The notes under the pieces: generated by a model
Seen by the model: the letters and a program-made list of their open reading frames with translations, nothing else
Databases searched by the model: none
What the model was told of the DNA's origin: nothing
In this document: positions 9,628 through 18,583 of the stretch, in pieces
Layout: every line of letters begins with the position of its first letter
Position numbering within the stretch: the first letter of the stretch is position 1
Program-made: the position numbers and the translations under genes
Assembly (NCBI GenBank): GCA_963720265.1
Contig: CAVRET010000001.1
Location: 133,916-197,915 of the forward strand
Direction of reading: 5' to 3'
Source: an uncultured bacterium
Lineage (GTDB): Bacteria; Patescibacteriota; Saccharimonadia; UBA4664
Length of the DNA: 64,000 nt

Positions 9628-10434
9628 TTAGATGTTGGGTTGTAAGATTTGCAAAAGCTGTTCGTGTAACGCAGGGCTTGCTACGCAAAAGGCGTAATTC
9701 TGCTTGAGTTTGCTCGTGGGGTCCGAATAGTCGATGGGCTTGCCGTCAATCGCAGTCCAGGTCGCGCCGGCCTCTTCGGCAATTATTTGAGGCGCTACAT
9801 TATCCCAGATCTTTGAAGTCATATTGATACGGCCGCCATAGCCGCCAGCGGCCACGTACATTGTGTCTGTCGCTTCACAGTCGGTATTTCGCATGTTACG
9901 AGCCCGGATAAGAACTTCTCCCAACAGCCGGCATTCGTGTTGCGTTTGACCAGGGTTATCCTGATGCCCACCCAGGCTAAAGGAAACCATTGTTTTTAAG
10001 AGATTAGTTTCGCGTGTTGCATGAATGGGTTGATCGTTACAGGTCGCACCCTGACCTTTTGATGCCAGGTAGAGTTTGTTGTGCATTGGAGCCACAATCC
10101 CGCCGGCAACCGGTACGGTACCATCAAGTAGGCCGACCATTATCCCCCAGTCAGGAGTACCACTGGCGAAATTCGCAGTGGCTTCGATTGGGTCGATAAC
10201 CCAGGTGTAACGGGAACTGTTATTTATGGCTCCCGCTTCCTCGTCTATGACATTGTAATCGGGATAGGTGGTGCGGACTGCGGCTACCAGTTTCTTGCCA
10301 ATTGCCAGGTCGGCTTCAGTTAGGACCTGATTATTGTCTCCAGGTTTTGTGGTCGGATTGACGTCACCGAAATAGCTGAGGGCAGTTTTTGCCGCTTTTT
10401 GTAACTCGTTCTTTAGAAATCCTTGGTAGTTCAT
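9628..10434 (-). CDS. inositol monophosphatase family protein (IMPase/SuhB-like)
   Basis: WVIDPIEAT (WxIDPxDGT-type) motif and overall IMPase pattern. Confidence 0.7.
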   Translation of the reverse strand: MNYQGFLKNELQKAAKTALSYFGDVNPTTKPGDNNQVLTEADLAIGKKLVAAVRTTYPDYNVIDEEAGAINNSSRYTWVIDPIEATANFASGTPDWGIMVGLLDGTVPVAGGIVAPMHNKLYLASKGQGATCNDQPIHATRETNLLKTMVSFSLGGHQDNPGQTQHECRLLGEVLIRARNMRNTDCEATDTMYVAAGGYGGRINMTSKIWDNVAPQIIAEEAGATWTAIDGKPIDYSDPTSKLKQNYAFCVASPALHEQLLQILQPNI

Positions 10435-10575
10435 AGCCAGTATCCTATGGTTTTTTTGTGTTCATGTCAGCCTTAAAGCGCTAAAATTTTATATCTAAGA
10501 TTGACCGCCAACGGCTTACTTCCTAAAGGATTGAGTGTAAACTTTCGGTCCTGGCCTACCAGGTATTCTTTGGCT

Positions 10576-11406
10576 TTATTGAGCTTTTTCTGATAAAAGC
10601 GATCGCAGATGAGTAACTTGCATTTTTGCGATATGTGGCACCAGCTTTGGCTTATTTTGCTCGACAAGCGACCATCTTGTGACGATGTAACGGATTTGTT
10701 TTAGGAGTAGACCCTCGTAAATTGATAACAGTTCTGGCGGAATGACTGCCGAGAGCTTCCTGCAGTTGGCCAGAAAGGTGCTGTAACGGTTCATGGTGAA
10801 GCGGTATGGCCTATCAGAAGGCAGTCGGCCATCGAACGTGTCGTGAATGAGCCAGGCGGTGAGGAAATGGTAGAAGCACATTTCGGCGTCGCCGATGTCG
10901 ATGATTCTGGCGCCGTAACCTGCGGGATGAACGCTGGGATCGGGATCGTTAGTCTTTCCCTCAAATACTAACCGCCCCTGTTCGAACTGCTCAAATAATG
11001 CATAGTCGTCAGTATTTAAAATTCGTTTAGCAGCCTGCTTTTCGGTTTCTTCGATTCGGGCGGCTGTATCCGGCTGATCTTCTTTTACGACCGCGGAAGT
11101 ATCAAAACCGACATCAAGCGATGTTACGACTTCTGGCAGGTCATGAATCCAGAGCATACGTACGAGTGGCTGCCGGATATGCTCTAGCTGTGCGGGGAGC
11201 TGCAGATTCTCAGCTGTTAGCGCACAGCGTATGGTATGAACTCTGACGTTATCAAACCAAATTCCGAGAGGATAATCAGGGTGACGCTTACGGGCCACTT
11301 GGTTGCCAAGCTCAACGAGCTTAGAAAGGTCCGATGGCATGTCGGATGGTTTGAAGCGTATTTGGCTGTCGTAAGGTGTCGTAGAAAATTCTTCAGCGTG
11401 TGACAT
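10576..11406 (-). CDS. HD-domain phosphohydrolase-like protein
   Basis: H...HD (LWIHDLPE) metal-binding pattern. Weak. Confidence 0.4.
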   Translation of the reverse strand: MSHAEEFSTTPYDSQIRFKPSDMPSDLSKLVELGNQVARKRHPDYPLGIWFDNVRVHTIRCALTAENLQLPAQLEHIRQPLVRMLWIHDLPEVVTSLDVGFDTSAVVKEDQPDTAARIEETEKQAAKRILNTDDYALFEQFEQGRLVFEGKTNDPDPSVHPAGYGARIIDIGDAEMCFYHFLTAWLIHDTFDGRLPSDRPYRFTMNRYSTFLANCRKLSAVIPPELLSIYEGLLLKQIRYIVTRWSLVEQNKPKLVPHIAKMQVTHLRSLLSEKAQ

Positions 11407-11555
11407 GCGCTGATTGTAGCAAATCCCATGTTCTACACGCCTTTGGAATGTAATTGTCCCGGGAATGAACGAAAGAGTTTCGCTAGCAGGGCGAGGCTTT
11501 CCCAGATTGGTTTCCAGTTTGGTATCTTAAAGGCTACCAATGTTTTTATGCTTTC

Positions 11556-12153
11556 ATTCTAGTAACCTCCCAGAGACCCCTGGGCCTTTAGGCCAGGGAT
11601 GAATGGGTCCGCTTAAGGCGGTAGCACCAAGGCAAAACCGGGTGACGTCCAACCTTGGCGCTGGCGCCGACAGTCTGGCATGCTGGGTATGTGAAGTCAG
11701 GTAAAAAATATTATTCCGGTGCGCATACGCTATATCGCCTGCAATTTCATATCGTCTGGATACCCAAGTACCGCAAAAGCATCCTGCGGGGCGAAGTCGC
11801 CACTGACCTGAAGCGATTATTCTTTCAGTGCGCAGAGATGAACGACTGGTGGATTGAGCGGCTGGCAGTGATGCCCGACCACATTCATATGCTTATTGAA
11901 CTACCTCCCAGCATCTCGGTGTCACAGGTAGTACAAATATTCAAAGGTGGCTCAAGTCGGGCTATCCGCCAGACGCATCCTGAACTGGAAGAATGGTTAT
12001 GGGGAGATAGCTTCTGGGCGGATGGCTACTTCGCCGAGAGTGTTGGTCGTAACACGGAGCAGGCGATTAAACGGTATATCGAAAATCAATGGAAAGCTAA
12101 ACCCAGCATGCCGCCCCAAGGAAGCCTCGGGCTTTAGCCCGAGGTGGTTCACT
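11556..12153 (+). mobile_element. IS200/IS605-family insertion sequence, copy 1 (598 bp)
   Basis: Near-identical to 35559-36156. Subterminal hairpins at both ends (left CCCTGGGCCtttaGGCCAGGG; right CCTCGGGCtttaGCCCGAGG). Carries tnpA. Confidence 0.85.
11655..12137 (+). CDS. tnpA: IS200/IS605 family transposase TnpA (Y1 HUH transposase)
   Basis: 160 aa with HIH motif (DHIHMLIELP) and conserved downstream Tyr region. Identical protein at 35658-36140. Confidence 0.85.
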   Translation: MALAPTVWHAGYVKSGKKYYSGAHTLYRLQFHIVWIPKYRKSILRGEVATDLKRLFFQCAEMNDWWIERLAVMPDHIHMLIELPPSISVSQVVQIFKGGSSRAIRQTHPELEEWLWGDSFWADGYFAESVGRNTEQAIKRYIENQWKAKPSMPPQGSLGL

Positions 12154-13124
12154 TAACTAACCGTTATTACTACATTTCCCTTCTTGTGGCCTTTATCGAC
12201 GTATCGGTGTGCGTCGATGATTTGTTCTAGCGGATAGCTCCTGTCGATGACTGGCCTAAACTGGCCGGCTTCCGCGAGACTGGCGAGGAGACGCAAATCC
12301 TCTGGACTCGTAGCCACCGGAGAAGCAATGATTTTCTTATTTGTCGTGACCTGCACCAAGGGAGCTTGGAGTATGTCGGGCAGTCCACCCAAGACTCTTC
12401 AGGAGGCGGCCTCCCGCTTTTAGCGAACCTTTGACCCTAGCGAATGAAGCTGTGCCGGCCGTGTCAATAATGACGTCGTATGTCTTTCCACTATTCGCGA
12501 AATCCGTTGACGTGTAATCACTGACGTGGTCGGCACCGAGCGACTTCATAAGCTCGAGGTTCTTCGTACTTGTGACCGCAGTTACTTCGGCGCCGAAGTA
12601 TTTGGCAAGCTGGACTGCCGCCATGCCAACACCTCCCGAGGCACCATTGATGACACTTGCTCGCCTTTTTTAATTTTGCCCTGCTTGAGGAAGTGTAAGG
12701 CAGTTGTCCCACCAAAGGAGATGGTCGCCGCTTCCTCAAAGCTCAGGCCGCATGGTTTTATTGCTACTAAGCCATTTGCAGAAATTGTTTTGTACTCTAC
12801 GTAACAACCCATTTTGGTTCCGCTAAACGCAAAGACTTCGTCACCTGGTTTGAACTGCTTTACATTTGTGCCTACTGATTCAATTTGTCCAGCCAGCTCT
12901 GTACCCAGTATCGGCTGTCCCGGTCTGGACGGGCCATACATTAACCTGGCCATGAATCTGAAACCGGTTGGAACATTAAGTGTACGTACCCTCCAGTCTC
13001 CTGATGTTACCGTGGTCGCGTGTACTTTTATTAAGATCTCGTCGTCGTTTGCGGTGGGCTTTTGTATCTCCGTCCGGCGTAGAACCTCAGGCGGTCCATA
13101 TTGTGTATAGACGATGGCTTTCAT
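12153..13124 (-). pseudogene. NADPH:quinone oxidoreductase / Zn-dependent alcohol dehydrogenase (MDR family) disrupted by at least 2 frameshifts
   Basis: N-terminal, middle and C-terminal MDR-family segments lie in three different frames (12582-13124, 12337-12624, 12153-12392). One shift is at a T6/A-rich tract near 12665. Confidence 0.7.
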
Positions 13125-13127
13125 GGG

Positions 13128-13316
13128 TTATGCAATCGCGTCCCATTCTGGCAGGACGCTGTCGGCAGGACGCTTGTAGGCTAGGTTTTTTGAGGTCTTC
13201 CTTTGTGTCTGTTTGGACTTCGCAAATTGCTCGCGAAGCGCTTGGTAACGCAACTCTGACATTCCCGGAAAATTAAGTTTGGTCGGTTTATATTCTCGCG
13301 CCATGGTCGCCTCCAA
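13128..13316 (-). CDS. small basic hypothetical protein (62 aa)
   Basis: ORF of reasonable composition, but it overlaps another small ORF (13288-13521) in a different frame. May be a fragment. Confidence 0.2.
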   Translation of the reverse strand: MEATMAREYKPTKLNFPGMSELRYQALREQFAKSKQTQRKTSKNLAYKRPADSVLPEWDAIA

Positions 13317-13819
13317 TCTGGCCCGTCGGTAGTTCCGCCGGAAGCGTTATTTTGGGGCTGGAATGAAGCGAGGTTGGGTCGGTTGCTCGATTCGACTCCT
13401 CGCTGACGCACTTCTTGGCGTTTTCAGTTAACTTGATCTTACCATATCTGCGGGATCGTGTGATCCCTTGGTCTGTTAGGCTGGTGGCTACTAGAGCAGT
13501 TTTTGAAATATTACCCACCATTTGTCTAGCATAGGGGTTTCACCCACTTTATATGGCTCTACAATCACTTTGGCGAATAAACTAGAGTATTAAGCCAGTT
13601 TTTGACGGTTGGCGGCAAGATTCGTAAGCATAAGCGATATAGGCAGTTTTTTGGCAGAATTCCTAAAGACGCCTGCATAAACTTTGAAGATTTTTGGAAT
13701 AAGCACCAATTGTCGAGGGGTTTGCTTTACTATAGGGTTCCGCTTTGTGTGGTAACTTCGCACCCGGTGGGTGGTGTGAGCAATCTTTTGCGGCTGCTCG
13801 CCGGAGGGAAAGGAGTGTG

Positions 13820-14482
13820 ATGCACAGAGTGGTTCTAATGGCGTTGGTCACCGTGGGAACGGCGGCTTACTTGGGTGGCACAGCGTCGGCCGGTAACAGA
13901 GAGTCCACCAAAGCAAGTCCGCGGCCAACGGTCCTGGCAAACACAAAAACCGATGTAAAAACCGTGGCGGCGCCCGTCCAGAAGCTGTATACCGTGCAGC
14001 CGGGTGATAACTTGTCGGCTATTGCTACGACCGAACAGCTGCCTAATTGGCAGCCGCTGTGGGATGCAAACCCGGGTTTGACTGACCCGGATTTAATTTA
14101 TCCCGGCGAGCAGCTGACGGTGCCAATCGGCCCCACAACGCCCCGGCCGCTGCCAAGTGGCTACGTGAGTGGGAGTGAGCCGGTTACAACCGGCGGGTCA
14201 GGCGGTGTAGCCATGGGCACGTATGCCCAGCCGGCGGCGGCTGATTACGCTACAGGTGCCGGCGGATTGTTCGCGCGTATCCGGCAACGTGAGTCCGGCG
14301 GTAATTACGCCGAGAACACGGGCAACGGTTTCTACGGCGCCTATCAGTTTACAATCGGCACATGGGAGAGCATGGGCGGACACGGTCTGCCTTCCGACGC
14401 GTCGCCGGCTGAGCAGGATATGCGGGCGCAGATGCTGTATGCCGAGCGCGGCTGCGAGCCGTGGCCGAATACGTGTTACTAG
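13820..14482 (+). CDS. secreted LysM-domain Rpf-like muralytic protein (transglycosylase-like domain)
   Basis: Start ATG 13820 preceded by GGAGGGAAAGGAG. Signal peptide, LysM (YTVQPGDNLSAIA...), C-terminal ESGGNY..NTGNGFYGAYQF..TW. Confidence 0.8.
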   Translation: MHRVVLMALVTVGTAAYLGGTASAGNRESTKASPRPTVLANTKTDVKTVAAPVQKLYTVQPGDNLSAIATTEQLPNWQPLWDANPGLTDPDLIYPGEQLTVPIGPTTPRPLPSGYVSGSEPVTTGGSGGVAMGTYAQPAAADYATGAGGLFARIRQRESGGNYAENTGNGFYGAYQFTIGTWESMGGHGLPSDASPAEQDMRAQMLYAERGCEPWPNTCY

Positions 14483-15774
14483 TTCGAAGTTGAATTAGAA
14501 ACTCGGCGGACGGCGGCCTGAAACATAGCGCCGCGTTCGCCGAAGTCCTTGAATAAATTGTAGCTCGGTGCTCCGCTTGACAGCAGACAAACGCGACCGG
14601 CTTTGGTATGGGCAGCGGCGAATCGTACCGCCTCTGTCATATCCGAAGTCTCAAAGTAGGTTTTGGTAATTTTGGGATGAGCGACTTCGACGGCAGCGCG
14701 AATTTTTGCGCCGGTGTCGGGGAACAGAACGAGGTTGCGAATGTCTGCCGTAGCAATGCGGGTGCCGAGCTCAGCGAAATTATATCCGCGATCGATGCCG
14801 CCAAGGATAATAGTGTCGACGCGGCCTTCGAGCGCGCTGAGCGCTGCCAGGGTAGATTGAGGCGTGGTAGCGGCTGAGTCGTCAACCCACTGGATGCCGG
14901 CGTGAATACCTAGGTCTTGCTGGCGGTGTGGCAGGCCGGTTGTGGCGGACAGCGCTCTAGCTGCGGTGTCTGTGTCCACTCCAAGGTGGGTTGACACTAA
15001 AAAGGCTGCGGCTAGGTCGCTGCGGCCTTCAGGGCTGTCTAGGGCCGGCGTCGGGCGGCCCGGGAAGTCGCGGGCGGTAAACGGTACTTTGCGGCCTGGG
15101 CTGGCGCTAGCGAGCCGGCGGCAGTCTTCTTGGGTATCGTTATAGAAAACGACATCGGCTTTATCCTGAAATTCGGTAATGTGGCGCTTAGCTTCTAGAT
15201 AGGCTTCAAACGAGCCGTGGTAATCGAGGTGGTCGGGGTAAATTGAGGTGATCACTGCAGTGTGCGGGCTCGCATGCAGGCTTTCGAGCATATAGCTTGA
15301 AAGCTCAAGTACAAAAATGGTGCGGGGGGTAGCCTCAGGCAGGCGCGTGAGCATCGGTTCGCCGATGTTGCCGGCCAGGATGGTGCGTTTGTGGCCGGCA
15401 ATGAGCGCCGTGTGGATCAGATGTGATGTAGTTGATTTGCCCTTGGTGCCGGTAATTCCGACCACGGTGACATTGTTTGGCAACGAATTTAAAAACAGCT
15501 CAGTGGCACTGGTAACGCGACCGGCCAGGCTGGCCGCAGGCCGCCACGGTAGGCCCGGGGTTTTGATAATAACATCGAAACCTCCGAGATGGTTTAGGTA
15601 CTCCTCTCCCGTGATGAAGCCGGCATCCGAGGGCGGTTTGATCTCGTCGTTGGCGTCTGCAATCGTGAGCTTGGCAGTGGGAGCGTAGCGGCGCAGCATA
15701 TCGAGCGTGGCCCGGCCTTCACGGCCAAAGCCCAAGATGCAGACCTGCTTGCCATCGAGTTCGCTGATCGTCAT
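14479..15774 (-). CDS. murD: UDP-N-acetylmuramoyl-L-alanine--D-glutamate ligase
   Basis: N-terminal ILGFGREG Rossmann, Mur-ligase P-loop GITGTKGKSTT, overall MurD length and pattern. Confidence 0.85.
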   Translation of the reverse strand: MTISELDGKQVCILGFGREGRATLDMLRRYAPTAKLTIADANDEIKPPSDAGFITGEEYLNHLGGFDVIIKTPGLPWRPAASLAGRVTSATELFLNSLPNNVTVVGITGTKGKSTTSHLIHTALIAGHKRTILAGNIGEPMLTRLPEATPRTIFVLELSSYMLESLHASPHTAVITSIYPDHLDYHGSFEAYLEAKRHITEFQDKADVVFYNDTQEDCRRLASASPGRKVPFTARDFPGRPTPALDSPEGRSDLAAAFLVSTHLGVDTDTAARALSATTGLPHRQQDLGIHAGIQWVDDSAATTPQSTLAALSALEGRVDTIILGGIDRGYNFAELGTRIATADIRNLVLFPDTGAKIRAAVEVAHPKITKTYFETSDMTEAVRFAAAHTKAGRVCLLSSGAPSYNLFKDFGERGAMFQAAVRRVSNSTSN

Positions 15775-17156
15775 TGCACTCCGGCCCCCGCGAGGAGCTT
15801 GGCGCTGGCCGGGCTGGCTAGGCTCGGCTCGGGTGTAAGTAGGTCTTTCACAAGTTGTTGAGGGTCTTTTACGTTTGGCAGTACAGCTTGTGTGAAATCG
15901 TTCATGAGCGCGGTGTCTTTAAAACCGGGCTTGGTACGGGCCAGGTAAAAAGCAGCCTGTGTTTCTTCCGGTGTACCGACGCATTCGAACGGTTTGAAGC
16001 CCTCCACTCCCCACAGTTCACGGTAGAGCGGGCGTAAGGACCTGTCCTCAAAGAGGTTGTGGCCAAAGATTTTGGTAACGGTGGCTTCCGGCAGCCAGGC
16101 GGCCAGCAGCGCGAACGTGAAGGCGCACTTGGGACAGATACCGCACCAAACGCCGGCGTGCTCGTCGGTCGCTGCCAGCAGCCAGTTGCGGTTGCAGCTG
16201 GTGGCGAGTGGGAAATATTTGGGATATTTTGCAAAGAGTTTGGCGATATGGAGCTCACTTAAGGGGCGCACGAGATTGAGGTAGGCGATGTCGCCGGTGA
16301 TGAAGCGACTGATGTAACTTCGCATAAGGTCTTCCGCTCCCTGACTCTTGCTCCATTGGTGGTTTACCTCCATGCCGAGATAGTCAACATTGCCGTAGCT
16401 GGAGCTGCGCTCGGACGAAAATGCTACGCCGTCAAAACCGGCTAACAGGTTGACGACAATGCTGAGAAACGAGATGTAAGCCGTGATGGGTACATGGCCG
16501 TTGTAGGCGCCGGCTTCATTGAGCTTGAATAGCTCGGGGTCGAGGGTGCGGTCGAGCTCGATCAGCGGCAACTCGGCGGTTTGGGCAAGCTCGGTAATGA
16601 GCCGGTGGCCACGAAGGCGAAATAGCGTTTGGTTAAGGCCGGTTTTGCGCAACAGCTCGACGGTCACCAATGAATCCTTACCGCCGCCGAACGGTACCAG
16701 GAGATGCTGTGCTGTGGATTTGGTTTGCAGTGGCTTGACCGCGGGCTCCGGTGCCGTTGCTGGAAAATTGATAAGTCCGTGAAAGTCGATCCGGTTGCGG
16801 TAAAAGAACTCCCCCAGCCCGTGGGTGTACAGGGTGTTCCAGAATTTGGCTTGCTCAGGGCTTAATGCGCCGCTTTTAACCTCAATCGTCTTTGGGCAAT
16901 AGGTTTTGAAATAGCTAACACCACCGGCCAAATGTAAGGCAAATAGTGCTGCCGGCAGATCGGGATGGCTGGCCAAGAGGAGCAGATCGGCCGGCAGGCT
17001 GATTATTTCCTCGAAATGGATGGCGTTGTCGAGACTGTAGTGCAATATGATGCGACGATTTTCAAGCTCAAGTTCGTATGATTCAAAAATAAAGCGATCG
17101 TATGTCGGCATGTATATAATTATGACACCATTGACGTATGTTGCAAGGTTTGGCAA
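15771..17156 (-). CDS. PP-loop (adenine-nucleotide alpha-hydrolase) ATPase, unknown function; translationally coupled to murD
   Basis: PFGGGKDS PP-loop motif mid-protein. C-terminal Cys cluster C..WCGICPKC. ATGA overlap with the murD start. Confidence 0.65.
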   Translation of the reverse strand: MPNLATYVNGVIIIYMPTYDRFIFESYELELENRRIILHYSLDNAIHFEEIISLPADLLLLASHPDLPAALFALHLAGGVSYFKTYCPKTIEVKSGALSPEQAKFWNTLYTHGLGEFFYRNRIDFHGLINFPATAPEPAVKPLQTKSTAQHLLVPFGGGKDSLVTVELLRKTGLNQTLFRLRGHRLITELAQTAELPLIELDRTLDPELFKLNEAGAYNGHVPITAYISFLSIVVNLLAGFDGVAFSSERSSSYGNVDYLGMEVNHQWSKSQGAEDLMRSYISRFITGDIAYLNLVRPLSELHIAKLFAKYPKYFPLATSCNRNWLLAATDEHAGVWCGICPKCAFTFALLAAWLPEATVTKIFGHNLFEDRSLRPLYRELWGVEGFKPFECVGTPEETQAAFYLARTKPGFKDTALMNDFTQAVLPNVKDPQQLVKDLLTPEPSLASPASAKLLAGAGVQ

Positions 17157-17187
17157 AATGGGGAGCGAATGACTGTGTTGTCGTCAG

Positions 17188-17946
17188 ATGGATGTTGAGC
17201 TGACAAACCGCCGGGTAGTGGCGGTAGACGGAGGGACGGCCAGCGGTAAAGGCCGCCTGGTGGATGAACTAGCCCGTTTGCTCCGGGCAAAAGGGGTTCC
17301 TGCGCTCCATCTCTCGACCGGCTCGTTATACCGAGCCGTAACGTATGCTGGGTTGGAGTATGCCAAACAACACGTGTCCGGGCGGCGCGCGCTTGGTGCG
17401 GCTGAGCTGACATCAAAGTGCGTTGCGGGTGTGCGCAAGCTCGATGCTGCTCCCCTGCTGCGTTTGGCCGGCGAGCGCGACATTACGATGCACGGCGGCG
17501 TAGTCTGGCTGGATGGCGGCCCGGCCAACGTAGAAGTGCAGTTGAAAGGCCCAGGCGTGGGTACGGTGATACCGCACGTCGCATCATTTCCGGAGGTGCG
17601 TGAGTTTGTAAATATTACAACACGCCGGCAGATTAACGAATTTGATGGTTATCTGTTGATCGACGGCCGCGACATCGGCTATGTGGTTGCGCCGGATGCG
17701 CCGCTTAAGTTGTTTTTAACGGTTTCGCCGGAAATTGGAGCGCAGCGCTCAATTGAGCATACGGCGGCCGAAATTGTGGCCCGTGATACGGCTGACCGAG
17801 CGCATAAGCATGGGGCGCTGCAGGCGGAACATGATCTTGCGCCCGAAGTGCATGTGATTGCAACCGATGATCTAACGCCTGAAGGCGTGCGGGATAAGGC
17901 CTATCGCTTTATGCGGCACGTCTGGCCCGAGTTACCTGTACTATAG
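17188..17946 (+). CDS. cmk: cytidylate kinase (CMP kinase)
   Basis: P-loop AVDGGTASGKG and LLIDGRDIGYVVAPDAPLKLFLT match the Cmk pattern. Confidence 0.65.
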   Translation: MDVELTNRRVVAVDGGTASGKGRLVDELARLLRAKGVPALHLSTGSLYRAVTYAGLEYAKQHVSGRRALGAAELTSKCVAGVRKLDAAPLLRLAGERDITMHGGVVWLDGGPANVEVQLKGPGVGTVIPHVASFPEVREFVNITTRRQINEFDGYLLIDGRDIGYVVAPDAPLKLFLTVSPEIGAQRSIEHTAAEIVARDTADRAHKHGALQAEHDLAPEVHVIATDDLTPEGVRDKAYRFMRHVWPELPVL

Positions 17947-17956
17947 AGCTTTTGAC

Positions 17957-18409
17957 TTGTCTGTCATAAATGATTACGCTGGTGCAATCCGACATGAGGG
18001 AGGATTGATGAGCCCAGCGGATCAGGTTCCGCGTACGCGACTAGTTGAGCTGCCCGAGCTTTACCGCGCGCGGGTGGGCGCGGCTCTATCACTACGTGGA
18101 TGGCTTCGCGCTCCTCGTCTCGGCGCGGTCGAGGAGCCGGAAATGGATTGGAGGCTCGAGGTTTCCGCACCTGATGGTGCCTTCTGGTTTATCGTAGTCT
18201 CACGGGCAGAAGGTTTGCCGGTCTGGCGACGGGCCGGGCAAAATGAGCCACCGGTGCGGAGCGGCTACTTTTTCGGGGAGGCCGAATACATACTGCCGGG
18301 GTTCGGGCCGGCCGCTTGGCCCTGCTTGGCGCTTCGGACCAGAGACACCGAGTATGCAGATCTAGCGATTCGGGTCTGGGACTTCACTGCCGTCGACCGG
18401 GTCGGTTAG
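17957..18409 (+). CDS. hypothetical protein
   Basis: 150-aa ORF followed by a strong terminator. No motif. Confidence 0.4.
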   Translation: MSVINDYAGAIRHEGGLMSPADQVPRTRLVELPELYRARVGAALSLRGWLRAPRLGAVEEPEMDWRLEVSAPDGAFWFIVVSRAEGLPVWRRAGQNEPPVRSGYFFGEAEYILPGFGPAAWPCLALRTRDTEYADLAIRVWDFTAVDRVG

Positions 18410-18417
18410 TGCGGTTT

Positions 18418-18458
18418 TCGCGGTACGATATGTTGGCCGCTCGACCTGGGCGGCCAAC
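18418..18458 (+). terminator. terminator hairpin (14-bp perfect stem gatatgttggccgc/gcggccaacatatc)
   Basis: Inverted repeat read directly after the stop of 17957-18409. Confidence 0.5.
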
Positions 18459-18583
18459 ATATCTCAGCTACCCTCAGTTATTATCATTGTTGCCCAAGCT
18501 TTAGCATTTTGGTACGGTAGACGTTGCTTTGAGCGCTTCTTTCACAATCCGAATGTGAGCTTACGGATTGTGTCTCGCCCGCG

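Noticed and set aside
13128-13521. Two overlapping small minus-strand ORFs (62 and 77 aa)
   Set aside because: Overlap in different frames with no RBS evidence. Possibly fragments of a decayed gene. Only the 62-aa ORF is listed, at low confidence.
13400-13815. ydaO-type c-di-AMP riboswitch upstream of the Rpf/LysM gene
   Set aside because: Expected from known biology, but conserved motif blocks were not recognisable by eye. Left as a hypothesis only.
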